Source: Candidatus Woesearchaeota archaeon (GTDB lineage Archaea; Nanobdellota; Nanobdellia; Woesearchaeales; JAGVYU01). From it: DNA of 60,841 nt. The stretch covers positions 1 to 60,841 of the forward strand of contig JAZDHV010000003.1 in NCBI GenBank assembly GCA_043805595.1, in the 5' to 3' direction. Positions 49,096-58,534 of this stretch are shown piece by piece. The notes below the pieces were generated by a model. It was given only the letters and a program-made list of their open reading frames with translations. It made no database searches and was not told where the DNA came from. Made by a program: the position numbers and the translations under genes. The stretch's first letter is position 1. Each line of letters begins with the position of its first letter.

Positions 49096-49215
49096 ATTGA
49101 AGATAATCATGTTATATTCTTTTTCAGTTACGCAAGTCCTGAAAAATTGATTACAAAGTGATCAAAGTTTTTTACACCAAGTGAAAAATTGAACATAACA
49201 GGAATTATGCTCAAT
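49096..49215. other. Pair of inverted dif/Xer-like sites forming a ~120-bp imperfect palindrome
   Basis: ATTGAAGATAA-TCATG-TTATATTCTTT (49096-49122) and ATTGAACATAA-CAGGAA-TTATGCTCAAT (49188-49215). Confidence 0.55.
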
Positions 49216-49392
49216 TTTTTGGGGTAAAATAGTGGAAGGGGCAAGAAGTCATAAAACGAAAGGTTTTGAGAGTGGAGTGGACACTCTGCAAAGGTTGAGT
49301 GATGTATTGATGATATTATTAATAATTATGTTAAATATATAATATGTCACTTTCTAAACTTCTAATAACTGAAGATGAGCAATAGTGCATGA

Positions 49393-49411
49393 CCACTGGA
49401 CATTCTGCTGT
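49393..49411 (+). promoter_or_regulatory. 19-bp motif CCACTGGACATTCTGCTGT, copy 1, just upstream of a TATA box
   Basis: Four identical copies, each followed by a TATA-like element. Confidence 0.7.
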
Positions 49412-49446
49412 AAACTTTATAAATGACCTCTTTTCCCAATTTTATT

Positions 49447-49860
49447 ATGGTTAAGCAGGCCAAACTCCTGAATTATGTTGAGCCAAGAATAAGCTATAAT
49501 TCAGGAGAAATATGTGGATTAGCTAAATGGAGGAAATTAGTTGTTGAAAGAGACAAAGGAAAGTGCCAGAACTGCTTCAATTCAGTCAAAGACTGGCTGA
49601 GAAAAAGAAATTTCTCTAATGAAGCCCATCATATAATCCCCAGGCATTTTGGAGGAAGAAACACTTTGAATAATGGAATCACTCTCTGCAAATTCTGCCA
49701 TCATTACTATGACTTGATGGCATTAAGGTTTGGTTATGACTATTTTGAGATTATCAAAAGCATGGATGCAGGAGAAAGGATCAATCAGGTAAGGCAATTG
49801 ATGAAAAAGCGGTTTTTGAGGTTTTTGTCTGGTTTGTTTACAAACCCAAAACAGTATTAA
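49447..49860 (+). CDS. HNH endonuclease
   Basis: RDKGKCQNC, AHHIIP, GGRNTLNNGITLCKFCH. Confidence 0.9.
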   Translation: MVKQAKLLNYVEPRISYNSGEICGLAKWRKLVVERDKGKCQNCFNSVKDWLRKRNFSNEAHHIIPRHFGGRNTLNNGITLCKFCHHYYDLMALRFGYDYFEIIKSMDAGERINQVRQLMKKRFLRFLSGLFTNPKQY

Positions 49861-49932
49861 TTTATAATAAACACATATTTTCTTATTCAAAAATAGAAGC
49901 ATTTAAAAACTAACTCTCCACTTCTATATATA

Positions 49933-50064
49933 ATGGCAGACTATAAGCTAGTTAAGTATTGCAGGGCTTGCAAGGACAGGTTTGTTGTTGACAAGAGTGA
50001 ATTAAAACAAAATTACTGCAGTGCGTGCCAGAATAAATTAGATGATGGACGTAAAAGTCCATAA
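49933..50064 (+). CDS. 43-aa zinc-finger microprotein, not in the ORF track
   Basis: MADYKLVKYCRACKDRF...NYCSACQ: two CxxC pairs; TTTAAA box upstream. Confidence 0.6.
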   Translation: MADYKLVKYCRACKDRFVVDKSELKQNYCSACQNKLDDGRKSP

Positions 50065-50134
50065 ATTAGAGAATATGAGTAAAAATATGAGCTGGGAAAT
50101 CTAGGTTTTCAGGCTTTTTTTTGGGAGGAATAAA

Positions 50135-50326
50135 ATGAAAGGAACAGTAAAATTCTTCAATGAGATGAAGGGATTTGGATTCATCGCTGGAGAAGATGGG
50201 AAAGAATACTTTGTACATCAGACAGGAATTAAGGATGGTGTAACCTTGAACGAGAGCGATAGTGTTACATTTGATGTAGAGCAGGGTGACAGAGGCCCAA
50301 AAGCAGTTAATGTGAATAAGAAGTAA
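50135..50326 (+). CDS. csp: Cold-shock domain protein
   Basis: MKGTVKFFNEMKGFGFI, FVHQT, GPKAVNV; GGAGG RBS. Confidence 0.95.
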   Translation: MKGTVKFFNEMKGFGFIAGEDGKEYFVHQTGIKDGVTLNESDSVTFDVEQGDRGPKAVNVNKK

Positions 50327-50443
50327 TTAAGTTTTTAAAATTATTAGTTTCATAATTTTTATGACTTTTTTATGCTTAAAAACAGCTTCTTTTTTTTATT
50401 TTTTTTAAATTTCTTAATCCTGCATTAGTTTTTATTCTTTCTC

Positions 50444-50674
50444 TTACATCCCTAAATATTTCATTAATTCAAATATAAGAAATCCAGGCCACAATAAAGC
50501 TTTGATAATTCCCCAAGCACCATCCCAAAATCCTGTTGCTGTAGATACATAATAAACTAAAGCTCCTACCATTCCTAAGAAATATATTCCTCCCCCTCCT
50601 TTGCACATATTGCCCATATCTTTGCATGCATTTTTCTTTTTCATTCCCATTTTTTCAATTTTCTTCTTTTCCAT
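50444..50674 (-). CDS. Small membrane protein
   Basis: GGIYFLGMVGALVYY...GIIKALLWP; GAGGTG RBS. Confidence 0.75.
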   Translation of the reverse strand: MEKKKIEKMGMKKKNACKDMGNMCKGGGGIYFLGMVGALVYYVSTATGFWDGAWGIIKALLWPGFLIFELMKYLGM

Positions 50675-50754
50675 ATTATTGCACCTCTAATTATCATTGT
50701 TGTCAAAGATTAAGATTAATTGGTTTCATATATAAAGTTTGCTGATATTACTGG

Positions 50755-50773
50755 CCACTGGACATTCTGCTGT
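50755..50773 (+). promoter_or_regulatory. 19-bp motif, copy 2
   Basis: Identical to 49393-49411; followed by GAGATATACAAA. Confidence 0.7.
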
Positions 50774-50889
50774 GAGATATACAAATGAGTTCTGGTTTCC
50801 TTTCTTTATTTTTCATAATCTTTAAGATTTTGAATAATCTTTTTTAAAATAGTAAACTTTATAATATATCAATTTATAATGAAATAATC

Positions 50890-51846
50890 ATGATTGATAT
50901 TTACTATTTTGATAAAAAGATAAAGAAAGGGAAATTAAGTGATTTAAGAAAGCTAAAAAACAAGAAGAAATGGCTGGATATCACAAGCCTCTCAAAAGAA
51001 GAGAAGAAATTAATTCAAGAAGAATTTGGACTGCATCCTTTGACTTCTGAAGACCTGTTTGACTCAGGGATCAGGATTAAAGTGGAAGAATTCCCTGAAT
51101 ATCTCTTCTCTGTATTTTATGGAGTCAGAAAGAATAAGACAATTGAACTGAATGAGATGGATTTTTTATTGGGCAATAATGTGCTGATAACAAATCATAA
51201 AGGCCAGATAGAATCCTTTCAGACATTAAAGAATAATGAGAAGAGGTTGTTGATTTTATTCAAAAAAGGGCTTGATTTCCTATTTCACAGATTGCTTGAT
51301 CTAGAGATTGACAACTTCTTTCCAGTGCTGGAGAATATTGATGATGAGATTGAAGATTTGGAAGATGAAGTCACAAAAAAACCAAGGCCAGAGCTTATGT
51401 CTAAAATATTGAAATTAAAGAGAAGGGTCATATCAATAAAGAAGATCACTCTCCCTCAAAGGGAAAAGATATCTTTTTTAGCCAAAAATGAGTATAGGTT
51501 TATCTCAAAAAAGTCAATCCCTTATTTTAGGGATGTTTATGATCATGCAATAAGGGTGTCTGATACAGTTGATAATTATAGGGAGGCAATAAGCGGAATT
51601 TATAATGCATATATGTCTGCAATATCAAATAATATGAATGATGTGATGAAAACATTAAGCATTATGGCTACAATTGCATTGCCTTTGGGAATCATCTCAG
51701 GAATATTTGGGACGAATTTTGACAACCTGCCAGGCCAGCACATGCATTATGGTTTTTGGATTATGATTTTGTTGATGTTGGCATTTGTTGGAGGCATGAT
51801 GTTGTTCTTTAACAGTAAAGGCTGGATTTATTGGAAAAAAAGATAG
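50890..51846 (+). CDS. corA: CorA-family Mg2+/Co2+ transporter
   Basis: FGLHPLTSED, YFRDVYDH, MNDVMKTL, GIFGTNF (GxN motif), two C-terminal TMs. Confidence 0.93.
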   Translation: MIDIYYFDKKIKKGKLSDLRKLKNKKKWLDITSLSKEEKKLIQEEFGLHPLTSEDLFDSGIRIKVEEFPEYLFSVFYGVRKNKTIELNEMDFLLGNNVLITNHKGQIESFQTLKNNEKRLLILFKKGLDFLFHRLLDLEIDNFFPVLENIDDEIEDLEDEVTKKPRPELMSKILKLKRRVISIKKITLPQREKISFLAKNEYRFISKKSIPYFRDVYDHAIRVSDTVDNYREAISGIYNAYMSAISNNMNDVMKTLSIMATIALPLGIISGIFGTNFDNLPGQHMHYGFWIMILLMLAFVGGMMLFFNSKGWIYWKKR

Positions 51847-52288
51847 TCTGAGAATTTCTAATAAATCCAAAGAAATAATTAATTCTTGCATGTGATATGT
51901 GCTAGCATCTTGGTAATGCATTCAAAAACTGCGTCTGCAGAGTTCATGAGCCTGATGAAATGAGAATTTAATATTTAGGCAATGACTATTTTCTCAAAGG
52001 CTTTTCTTCCTTATGCTTGTCATGGATGTGATGCTCTAAAGATTTTACAGGCTTATGGCAATAAGGACAATGACCTTCTGTTGTTGGTTCAATATACTTT
52101 ACTGGATTGTGCAATCCTCTCTTAGATTTTACCATATGTCTAATCTAATGATGTTAATATTTAAATTTATCTAAACCAATGCTTAGTATAACATTCCCTG
52201 TCAGGATTGAATTTTAGCTTTAGTTCCCAAGGGCTTTGTTTTTCATTATTGAATAAGATTTATAAATAAATGAATTTTTGTGGACAAT

Positions 52289-52435
52289 ATGGAGAAAAGA
52301 CTTAAGAAGAGCAAGCTCATTACCCAAAAAGAGCATGATGAGTGGCATAGAAAGAATAAGGAATATAACAATAAGATTGATAAGGAGCGCGAGCTTTGCC
52401 ACAAAAAGATAGGATTGACAGTCAAGAAAGGTTAG
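52289..52435 (+). CDS. 48-aa basic His-containing microprotein, not in the ORF track
   Basis: MEKRLKKSKLITQKEHDEWHRKN...ELCHKKIGL; TTTATAAA box upstream. Confidence 0.5.
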   Translation: MEKRLKKSKLITQKEHDEWHRKNKEYNNKIDKERELCHKKIGLTVKKG

Positions 52436-52568
52436 AAAGCTCAAATAGCTGAATGCTATAAGACTCTGATTATGGACTAATTTCTTTATATTTTTAAGTT
52501 TTATTCAATGAAATCAGCAGAAGAAAAACACTATAAAACCAACTGTTTTATTCTTATTTGTGTTGAAA

Positions 52569-52587
52569 CCACTGGACATTCTGCTGT
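52569..52587 (+). promoter_or_regulatory. 19-bp motif, copy 3
   Basis: Identical; followed by GAGATATATAAA. Confidence 0.7.
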
Positions 52588-52739
52588 GAGATATATAAAT
52601 GAGTTATCTCTTAAATATTTAAGTAGTAGAAACAGGATTAATTAATCAGGAAAGACCCCTCAACAAGCTCTTTCTAGAATTGGTTGATCCTGCTACTATT
52701 TAAACTTTTGGAAACTGAATATCAGAACATTTCAATAAT

Positions 52740-53246
52740 GTGGAATCTAAAATGGACCAGATTAAGCTTCAATTGGGCAGAGCCATGCCAATAAATGGAA
52801 CGAGAAAAGAGATTAGAAGGATTTTCCTTGACTTATGCACTTCTCTGCATCAGAATGGAATAAAAAGAATACTTTTTATTGATACTATCAATTTTCTTGA
52901 TCCTCACAAGATGGATCTTGGTGATTTGAATGAGATCAACTTCTATGACAACATATTCTGTGTCAGGACAGGACTGCCATATGACCTTTATGCAAGGCTG
53001 AGTACAGCAGAATCTTTCATAAGATATCACAGGATTCAGGCTTTATTAGTATCATCAATATCATCTGTCTTTTCTGGGTTTGAAAAAGAGGAAACACATC
53101 AGATTGTAAAAAACATTTTAGAGAAAATCAATCATCTCACTGAAAGATGCAATCTCTACACAATCATCGGCAACACAACCTCTGAAGAAGAAGAGGTGAT
53201 GGATGCTTATGCTGTTGTGGATAGGATAATGTCTAATCAATCTTAA
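52740..53246 (+). CDS. Short, likely inactive RadA/RecA-fold protein
   Basis: ILFIDTINFLDP...NIFCVRTGLPYDL...ALLVSSISSVF pattern; no Walker A. Confidence 0.65.
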   Translation: MESKMDQIKLQLGRAMPINGTRKEIRRIFLDLCTSLHQNGIKRILFIDTINFLDPHKMDLGDLNEINFYDNIFCVRTGLPYDLYARLSTAESFIRYHRIQALLVSSISSVFSGFEKEETHQIVKNILEKINHLTERCNLYTIIGNTTSEEEEVMDAYAVVDRIMSNQS

Positions 53247-53323
53247 CCAAATTACAGAAAAATTTGATTTTAATAGTCAAAATGAAAAGATTTATATAAT
53301 TGTAGATATGCACAAATATACAA

Positions 53324-53587
53324 ATGAATAATTTAGATGAAAAATCAAGATTATACAAGGCTTTGGGAGAACCTATAAGATTAAGGATTATTGAGTACCT
53401 TATGAAAAAGGGACAATGCGCTTGTATTTGTGAATTGAGTAAATTTCTAAAAAGGGATCAATCCGTAATTTTTAGGCATATACAGATATTAAATCAGGCT
53501 GGCATTATCAATACAAATAAAGAAGCCAAATATTTGATGTGTTGTATCAAAGATAAAAAAAAGATTAAGAAATTGTTGGAGGATTAA
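53324..53587 (+). CDS. ArsR/SmtB family transcriptional regulator
   Basis: KALGEPIRLRII, CICEL, QSVIFRHIQILNQAGII. Confidence 0.92.
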   Translation: MNNLDEKSRLYKALGEPIRLRIIEYLMKKGQCACICELSKFLKRDQSVIFRHIQILNQAGIINTNKEAKYLMCCIKDKKKIKKLLED

Positions 53588-53588
53588 G

Positions 53589-53711
53589 ATGGCAGAAAAG
53601 AAAAAGGGATTTTTTAGTAGATTAATAGCTAAACTTGATACTAAACTTGAAAAGAAATCTAAAAATAAAAAGAGCTGTTGTTGTCAGGATTCTAAAGATA
53701 AGAAATGCTAG
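53589..53711 (+). CDS. 40-aa Cys-rich microprotein between ArsR and the permease
   Basis: MAEKKKGFFSRLIAKLD...SCCCQDSKDKKC; GGAGG RBS. Confidence 0.6.
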   Translation: MAEKKKGFFSRLIAKLDTKLEKKSKNKKSCCCQDSKDKKC

Positions 53712-54665
53712 AAGAAATTTTAAATTGGATATTGTACTCAATTATAGGACTAAACCCAACAATAAAATGGGTTGAAACACTTAATTTTTTTTTTATATGA
53801 TTCTATCAAGATCATATTGATTCTGTATGTGATGATATCTATTATTGGATTCCTAAGAACATATTTACCTCAAAATAAGATAAAAAGATGGATAAGCGGC
53901 AAAAAGTATGGTACAAGTAATCTTATTGCGTCTTTTTTTGGAGCAATAACACCTTTTTGTTCATGTTCTTCAATTCCAGTCTTTCTGGGTTTTTTAGAAG
54001 CAGGAATACCCCTTGGTGTTACATTCTCATTTTTAATCACTTCCCCTTTAGTAAATGAATATTTGGTAGTATTAATGTTTGGATTTTTTGGCTGGAAAAT
54101 AACTTTAGCTTATGTAATAAGTGGAATATTGATAGGTACAATATCTGGGCTGATTCTTGGAAAAATGAATCTAGAAAAATATTTAGTGAAAGACCTTATA
54201 TCTACTGATAATACTAAGAAAGAAATAAGATTTAAAGGGTTTAAAAAGAGATTGGATTTTGGGCTAAATGAATCATTATCTATAACACGAAAATTATGGT
54301 TATGGATATTGGTAGGTGTTGGGGTTGGAGCAGTTATTCATAATTACGTGCCATCAGAAGTGATTCAATCAATAATAAGCAAGGGAGGCATATTTGCAGT
54401 TCCAATTGCAGTAATTTTTGGAGTGCCCTTGTATGGGAGTTGTGCAGCAATTGTTCCTATTGCATTAGTATTATTTGAGAAAGGAGTGCCTATAGGTACT
54501 GCATTAGCTTTTATGATGGCTATATCTGGACTAAGTTTTCCAGAAGCAGTCATCTTAAGAAGGGCGATGAAGCTTAAATTAATCATAATATTCTTTTTAG
54601 TTGTTACAATGGCAATAATCCTGACTGGTTATATCTACAATTTTTTGCAAATTTTACTTATTTAA
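53705..54665 (+). pseudogene. ArsP/DUF318-type permease, frameshifted in a T10 run (53785-53794)
   Basis: GAITPFCSCSSIP, FLITSPLVN, SGLSFPE motifs; upstream frame MLEEILNW...ETLN joins FFLYD if the run is T9. Confidence 0.8.
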
Positions 54666-54682
54666 GTAAAATATTTCTTTAA

Positions 54683-54701
54683 CCACTGGACATTCTGCTG
54701 T
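54683..54701 (+). promoter_or_regulatory. 19-bp motif, copy 4
   Basis: Identical; followed by GAGATATTTAAA. Confidence 0.7.
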
Positions 54702-54757
54702 GAGATATTTAAATAGACTCAGATTCACTCATAATTGTCAAAACATATGGGGTGAAA

Positions 54758-55066
54758 ATGGGACACACAATAACATCAATGCGCTGGGTCATCTATGATG
54801 AGATCCAGAAGCTGAAAAAGCTCTCTGATTCTTTGAGAGAGCCAGAGCATAGCATTGCAAAATCTTTGTTATATCACATCTACAGCAATATTTCTGCAGT
54901 GACCCATGCTAATCCTTTTCCAAAGGATCTGCTGAACAACATGATCTACACAATCCTGATTGAGGAAAAAAAGAAAAAAGGCATTGATGCTGATGATCTT
55001 GCTCTTTTGCTGTTCTCGATTATTGTTCAGTATAAGGCTGGGAAGGTTGATCTGAAAAATTCTTAA
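54758..55066 (+). CDS. Small helical protein resembling the PolB2-operon-associated family (arCOG07300-like)
   Basis: MGHTITSMR...E...L...LREPE N-terminus resembles the MGRTVPSxR family; GGGGTG RBS. Confidence 0.6.
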   Translation: MGHTITSMRWVIYDEIQKLKKLSDSLREPEHSIAKSLLYHIYSNISAVTHANPFPKDLLNNMIYTILIEEKKKKGIDADDLALLLFSIIVQYKAGKVDLKNS

Positions 55067-55079
55067 TGGCCAGAGCCTT

Positions 55080-55107
55080 ATTGAACTTAATTGGCATTAT
55101 GTTCTTT
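55080..55107. other. dif/Xer-like site
   Basis: ATTGAACTTAA-TTGGCA-TTATGTTCTTT. Confidence 0.5.
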
Positions 55108-55245
55108 TTCCCTCCAAGCCGACCCACTGAACAAAGTGACTATATATAGAATCAAGAGATGAAATAATTCGAGCATAAGGCGAGAGAGTTGCGTAGGGGC
55201 AAAATTTCTATCGAGAACTAAGTTCAATCAAGTTAAAAGAATAAA

Positions 55246-55542
55246 ATGCCAGAATTGTATAAAATGTCAGAATTGTATAAAATCTTTCAGATTTTTAACA
55301 CCCTAAAATGTCAGGAATTTTCCACCAGTTTTTAACTGGTGGCTGAAAGCCATTCCCAATATTGGAATCAGAAAAATGCTCAAAATGTCAGAATTTTCCA
55401 TCCAGTCTATGGCTAGTGGCAAGCTTTGCCTGCTTTTAACTTCAAAAGCTGGAAAATTCTGAGCACTAAGAACCACCAGTCTTATTATAAGGTAGTTGCA
55501 GATTTAGTGAATCCCACCAGCCTATGACTGGTGGTTCTTTAG
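55246..55542. repeat. R1 mosaic repeat, copy 6
   Basis: Matches modules of 1-400 in a different order. Confidence 0.9.
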
Positions 55543-55554
55543 GGTAAGAATTTT

Positions 55555-55866
55555 TTATCTAAAATCTTTTAATAGGGCTGCTAATTCATCAAAAACTCTT
55601 TTCTTTTTATCTGCAGACAAAGAGAACATCACTTTTTCAATCATAGCTCTAGAAACTGTAAAAATGTAATTTAGTTTTATAACACTGTCTTTTACAGCCC
55701 CTTCTTTTTTGGCCAAAGGTATACCTTTCATTTCTAAGTTACTTGTTATTCCAGCTACAACAACATTATCAAACTCTTCAAATAATACTAAAGCAGGCCT
55801 TTTTTTAATTTCAAAAGTATCTGTAAACTGGACTTGGGTTAAAACAACATCTCCAGATTTAAGCAT
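55555..55866 (-). CDS. PemK/MazF-family toxin
   Basis: GDVVL...FTD...KKRPALVL...VAGITS...KDSVIKLNYIFTV. Confidence 0.9.
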   Translation of the reverse strand: MLKSGDVVLTQVQFTDTFEIKKRPALVLFEEFDNVVVAGITSNLEMKGIPLAKKEGAVKDSVIKLNYIFTVSRAMIEKVMFSLSADKKKRVFDELAALLKDFR

Positions 55867-56083
55867 TTTGCCATGCCTCATCTTCTTTGCTGCCCCATAA
55901 CTCTTTCATTTTAGCCTGTTGAATTTTATGCAGGAATTCATCATACTGATTCCGTTTCTTTACACTTTTGAATACACTCACCATTTGTTTAATCAAGTCA
56001 TTATAAGTCTGCCTAGGGTATTCTTTTACTTCTTTTAGCGAATTAACCAGTGTCTTTTCAATTTGAATTGTTGTTGTACTCAT
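55859..56083 (-). CDS. Antitoxin (RHH-like) upstream of the PemK/MazF toxin
   Basis: MSTTTIQIEK...YPRQTYNDLI...ELWGSKEDEAW; overlaps the toxin start. Confidence 0.8.
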   Translation of the reverse strand: MSTTTIQIEKTLVNSLKEVKEYPRQTYNDLIKQMVSVFKSVKKRNQYDEFLHKIQQAKMKELWGSKEDEAWQNA

Positions 56084-56178
56084 TATATACCACCTATAGT
56101 TGGTATATAATAGGTTATATATAAATTTTTTGTTTCTGAAAAATTCCTGCATTGTCTTCTAATCTTGCCATCGTAGCG

Positions 56179-56206
56179 ATTGAGTTTAATTCCTGTTATG
56201 CATTCC
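56179..56206. other. dif/Xer-like site followed by a hairpin
   Basis: ATTGAGTTTAA-TTCCTG-TTATGCATTCC; the spacer is the reverse complement of the 49188 spacer. Confidence 0.5.
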
Positions 56207-56331
56207 AACCTACGAAGTGTGGTTGGATTTTGACTGAATAGTTTGGGTTGGCTCGTGTTATAAGTATGTGCTGGTACTTTTCTAAGAATATTTATATACT
56301 AATCATCTATATCTATAAAAAAGATGATATT

Positions 56332-56946
56332 ATGAAAATGACCTTAATTTTAGTAATTCTCCTCATTTTTCTTGGAGGATGCTCAACAGTGCAAGAATCA
56401 CCATCAGCATTAGTAACAAACACAACCAATAAAATATCCGGAACCCAAGAGCTGGTGCTTGATGGGCAGGAGTTAGCACAACTTGGAATGACAAGCGTTA
56501 TTAATGAATCAGATCGTCAGCTATTCGAGATAAGCAATGGAACTGATTGCCGAACAGATGAGGAATACACCAATATTGTAGATTCGTCATTAGGTCAATA
56601 TAGCATTTGTGTCTATAGCATTCCCAGCTTATACAATACCCAGATAATCATTGAATTCCAAAAATTTGCAGATTACGAAGCCCTAAATGGCTCATACCTA
56701 TATGATACCTCTCACTTGTACAGTAAGGAAGGACTTATAAGTGAGAATGATTATGGGGATCAGAGCAGATTCCGTGTAAATAATGAGCATGATTATGGTG
56801 GTCAGTACAATCAACCAGATATCTACTTCTATCACCTATGGTTCACCAAAGATGAATACCTGATTCACATCACTTCTAAAGGGGCTAAGGAAGCTGATGG
56901 GTATATTGAAAATACAGGGCGGCGGATCCTGTCAAAATTTGGGTAA
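56332..56946 (+). CDS. Lipoprotein of unknown function
   Basis: MKMTLILVILLIFLGGC lipobox. Confidence 0.75.
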   Translation: MKMTLILVILLIFLGGCSTVQESPSALVTNTTNKISGTQELVLDGQELAQLGMTSVINESDRQLFEISNGTDCRTDEEYTNIVDSSLGQYSICVYSIPSLYNTQIIIEFQKFADYEALNGSYLYDTSHLYSKEGLISENDYGDQSRFRVNNEHDYGGQYNQPDIYFYHLWFTKDEYLIHITSKGAKEADGYIENTGRRILSKFG

Positions 56947-56982
56947 ATTTCTATCTTATTTATATCAATAGTGAGCCAACTC

Positions 56983-57010
56983 AAAAAGCATAATTGCTGT
57001 TACCTTCTTT
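56983..57010. other. dif/Xer-like site followed by a hairpin
   Basis: AAAAAGCATAA-TTGCTG-TTACCTTCTTT, then TTTTCCCATAC-GCA-GTGTGGGAAAA. Confidence 0.4.
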
Positions 57011-57228
57011 TCCCATACGCAGTGTGGGAAAATTTTGACCGAAAAGTAATTTTGAGTTCTATAAATTTCGACCGTAGGGAGACTATCTTTTAGGGGTCTG
57101 TTCAGTTCAATCCAGTTCGAAGAGCTTTCAAGAACAAGTTATCAAGGGGCACGCTCAAACCAATAAATCAAGAATCGTGGCCTAAACCGAAAGGTTTATA
57201 TATCATTTATGGATAATATTATCCAAAT

Positions 57229-57801
57229 ATGGATAACAAACATAAAATAATTAATTATCTTGGAAAAAATCAGAATAGGGGGTATACTATGCATGAATTA
57301 AGCAATGAATTGAATATCCCTTATGCTAGTTTTTATAGAACTATTGAATCTATGAAGGACCTATTAATCATTGAAGAGGTCGGAAAATCTAAGGTGCTCT
57401 CGCTTAATAAATATAATCCAATCGTAAAATCGCATTTAATAGTATCTTCTGATGAAGAAAGAAAAGAATATATTCAAAGATATCCAATTATTAAGAAAAT
57501 CTATCAGGAACTTAATACAAAAGATATTGTAGTCTTATTTGGAAGTTATGCTAAAAAAACACAAACAGACAGAAGCGATATCGATCTGATAATAATAAAT
57601 AAAGATGGCAAAAAAAGCATATCATTTTCAAAATATGAAACTTTGTTTAGAATAAAGATAAATCCAATATTTGTAACAAAAAAAGAATTTAAGTTGATGC
57701 TTAAAGATAAAGAAGAAAATGTTGGAAAGCAAGCTTTATATATTCATATAATATTAAATAATCCGGAAGCTTTTTGGGAGTGTGTCTTTAATGGAGTTTG
57801 A
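57229..57801 (+). CDS. HTH + MNT antitoxin
   Basis: LFGSYAKKTQTDRSDIDLII. Confidence 0.88.
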   Translation: MDNKHKIINYLGKNQNRGYTMHELSNELNIPYASFYRTIESMKDLLIIEEVGKSKVLSLNKYNPIVKSHLIVSSDEERKEYIQRYPIIKKIYQELNTKDIVVLFGSYAKKTQTDRSDIDLIIINKDGKKSISFSKYETLFRIKINPIFVTKKEFKLMLKDKEENVGKQALYIHIILNNPEAFWECVFNGV

Positions 57802-58316
57802 CAAAGAAGAATATAAAACAACATTTGACGAATTTGTTAAAAAGAAGAGGATTAAGAAATCGTCTCAATCTTTTAAGATAAAGCTGTTTAACAAAAGCAG
57901 AAAACAGTTTACTTATTGCCAAGCATAATAAGGAGATTGAGCCAACAAAAGACCAACCAAAAAAGCTTTTTTGGGATTATTGGGCTATTACAATATCTTA
58001 TTACTCTATGCTTTATGCAACAAAAGCAGCTATTTTGTCTAAAGGATATGAAGTTTCAGATCATGATGCTGCTCAAATAGCCTTAGGACATTTATTAGTT
58101 CCTGATGAGATTGAAAAAGAGGATTTAGAAATACTAAATCAAGCTCATAAAATCTTTGAAGATGAATATGTGCATTATTTTGAGGATGCAAAAACAGAAA
58201 GCCATATAGCAAGATATTCTGCAATAAAGACATATACTAAAAGAAGATTAGATGAAATATTCAATAATGCGACTGATTTTATAGCTAAGATTGGATTTAT
58301 TTTACAAGAAGAATAG
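57791..58316 (+). pseudogene. HEPN domain protein, frameshifted near 57885-57897
   Basis: MEFDKEEY...KIKLF(N) continues in another frame as KAENSLLIA...WAITISYYSMLYATKA...SDHDA. Confidence 0.75.
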
Positions 58317-58534
58317 AATTTTTATTGTAGTTATATTTTTTACAAGTTATAGGTAACAAGATAATTAGGGATATTGAATTGATAATTGAATTAGCTTAGA
58401 AATCCGAAAGTGCAGCGTCCCCTTGAGTTTTTGAAAATGCCGTTCGAGTGCGAAGCACAATAAAGAAAAAATATATGGGGGCAAACTTTCTTAACATAGA
58501 AAATATTTTATACTGGATTGAATTATTAGATGCT

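Noticed and set aside
49309-49336. TTATGTTAAAT (perfect XerD arm) as the chromosomal dif site
   Set aside because: No matching left arm at 6-bp spacing; it could be chance in AT-rich DNA.
49393-54701. 19-bp identical repeats read as a CRISPR array
   Set aside because: Spacing is 1.3-2.1 kb with whole genes between copies, and there are no cas genes.
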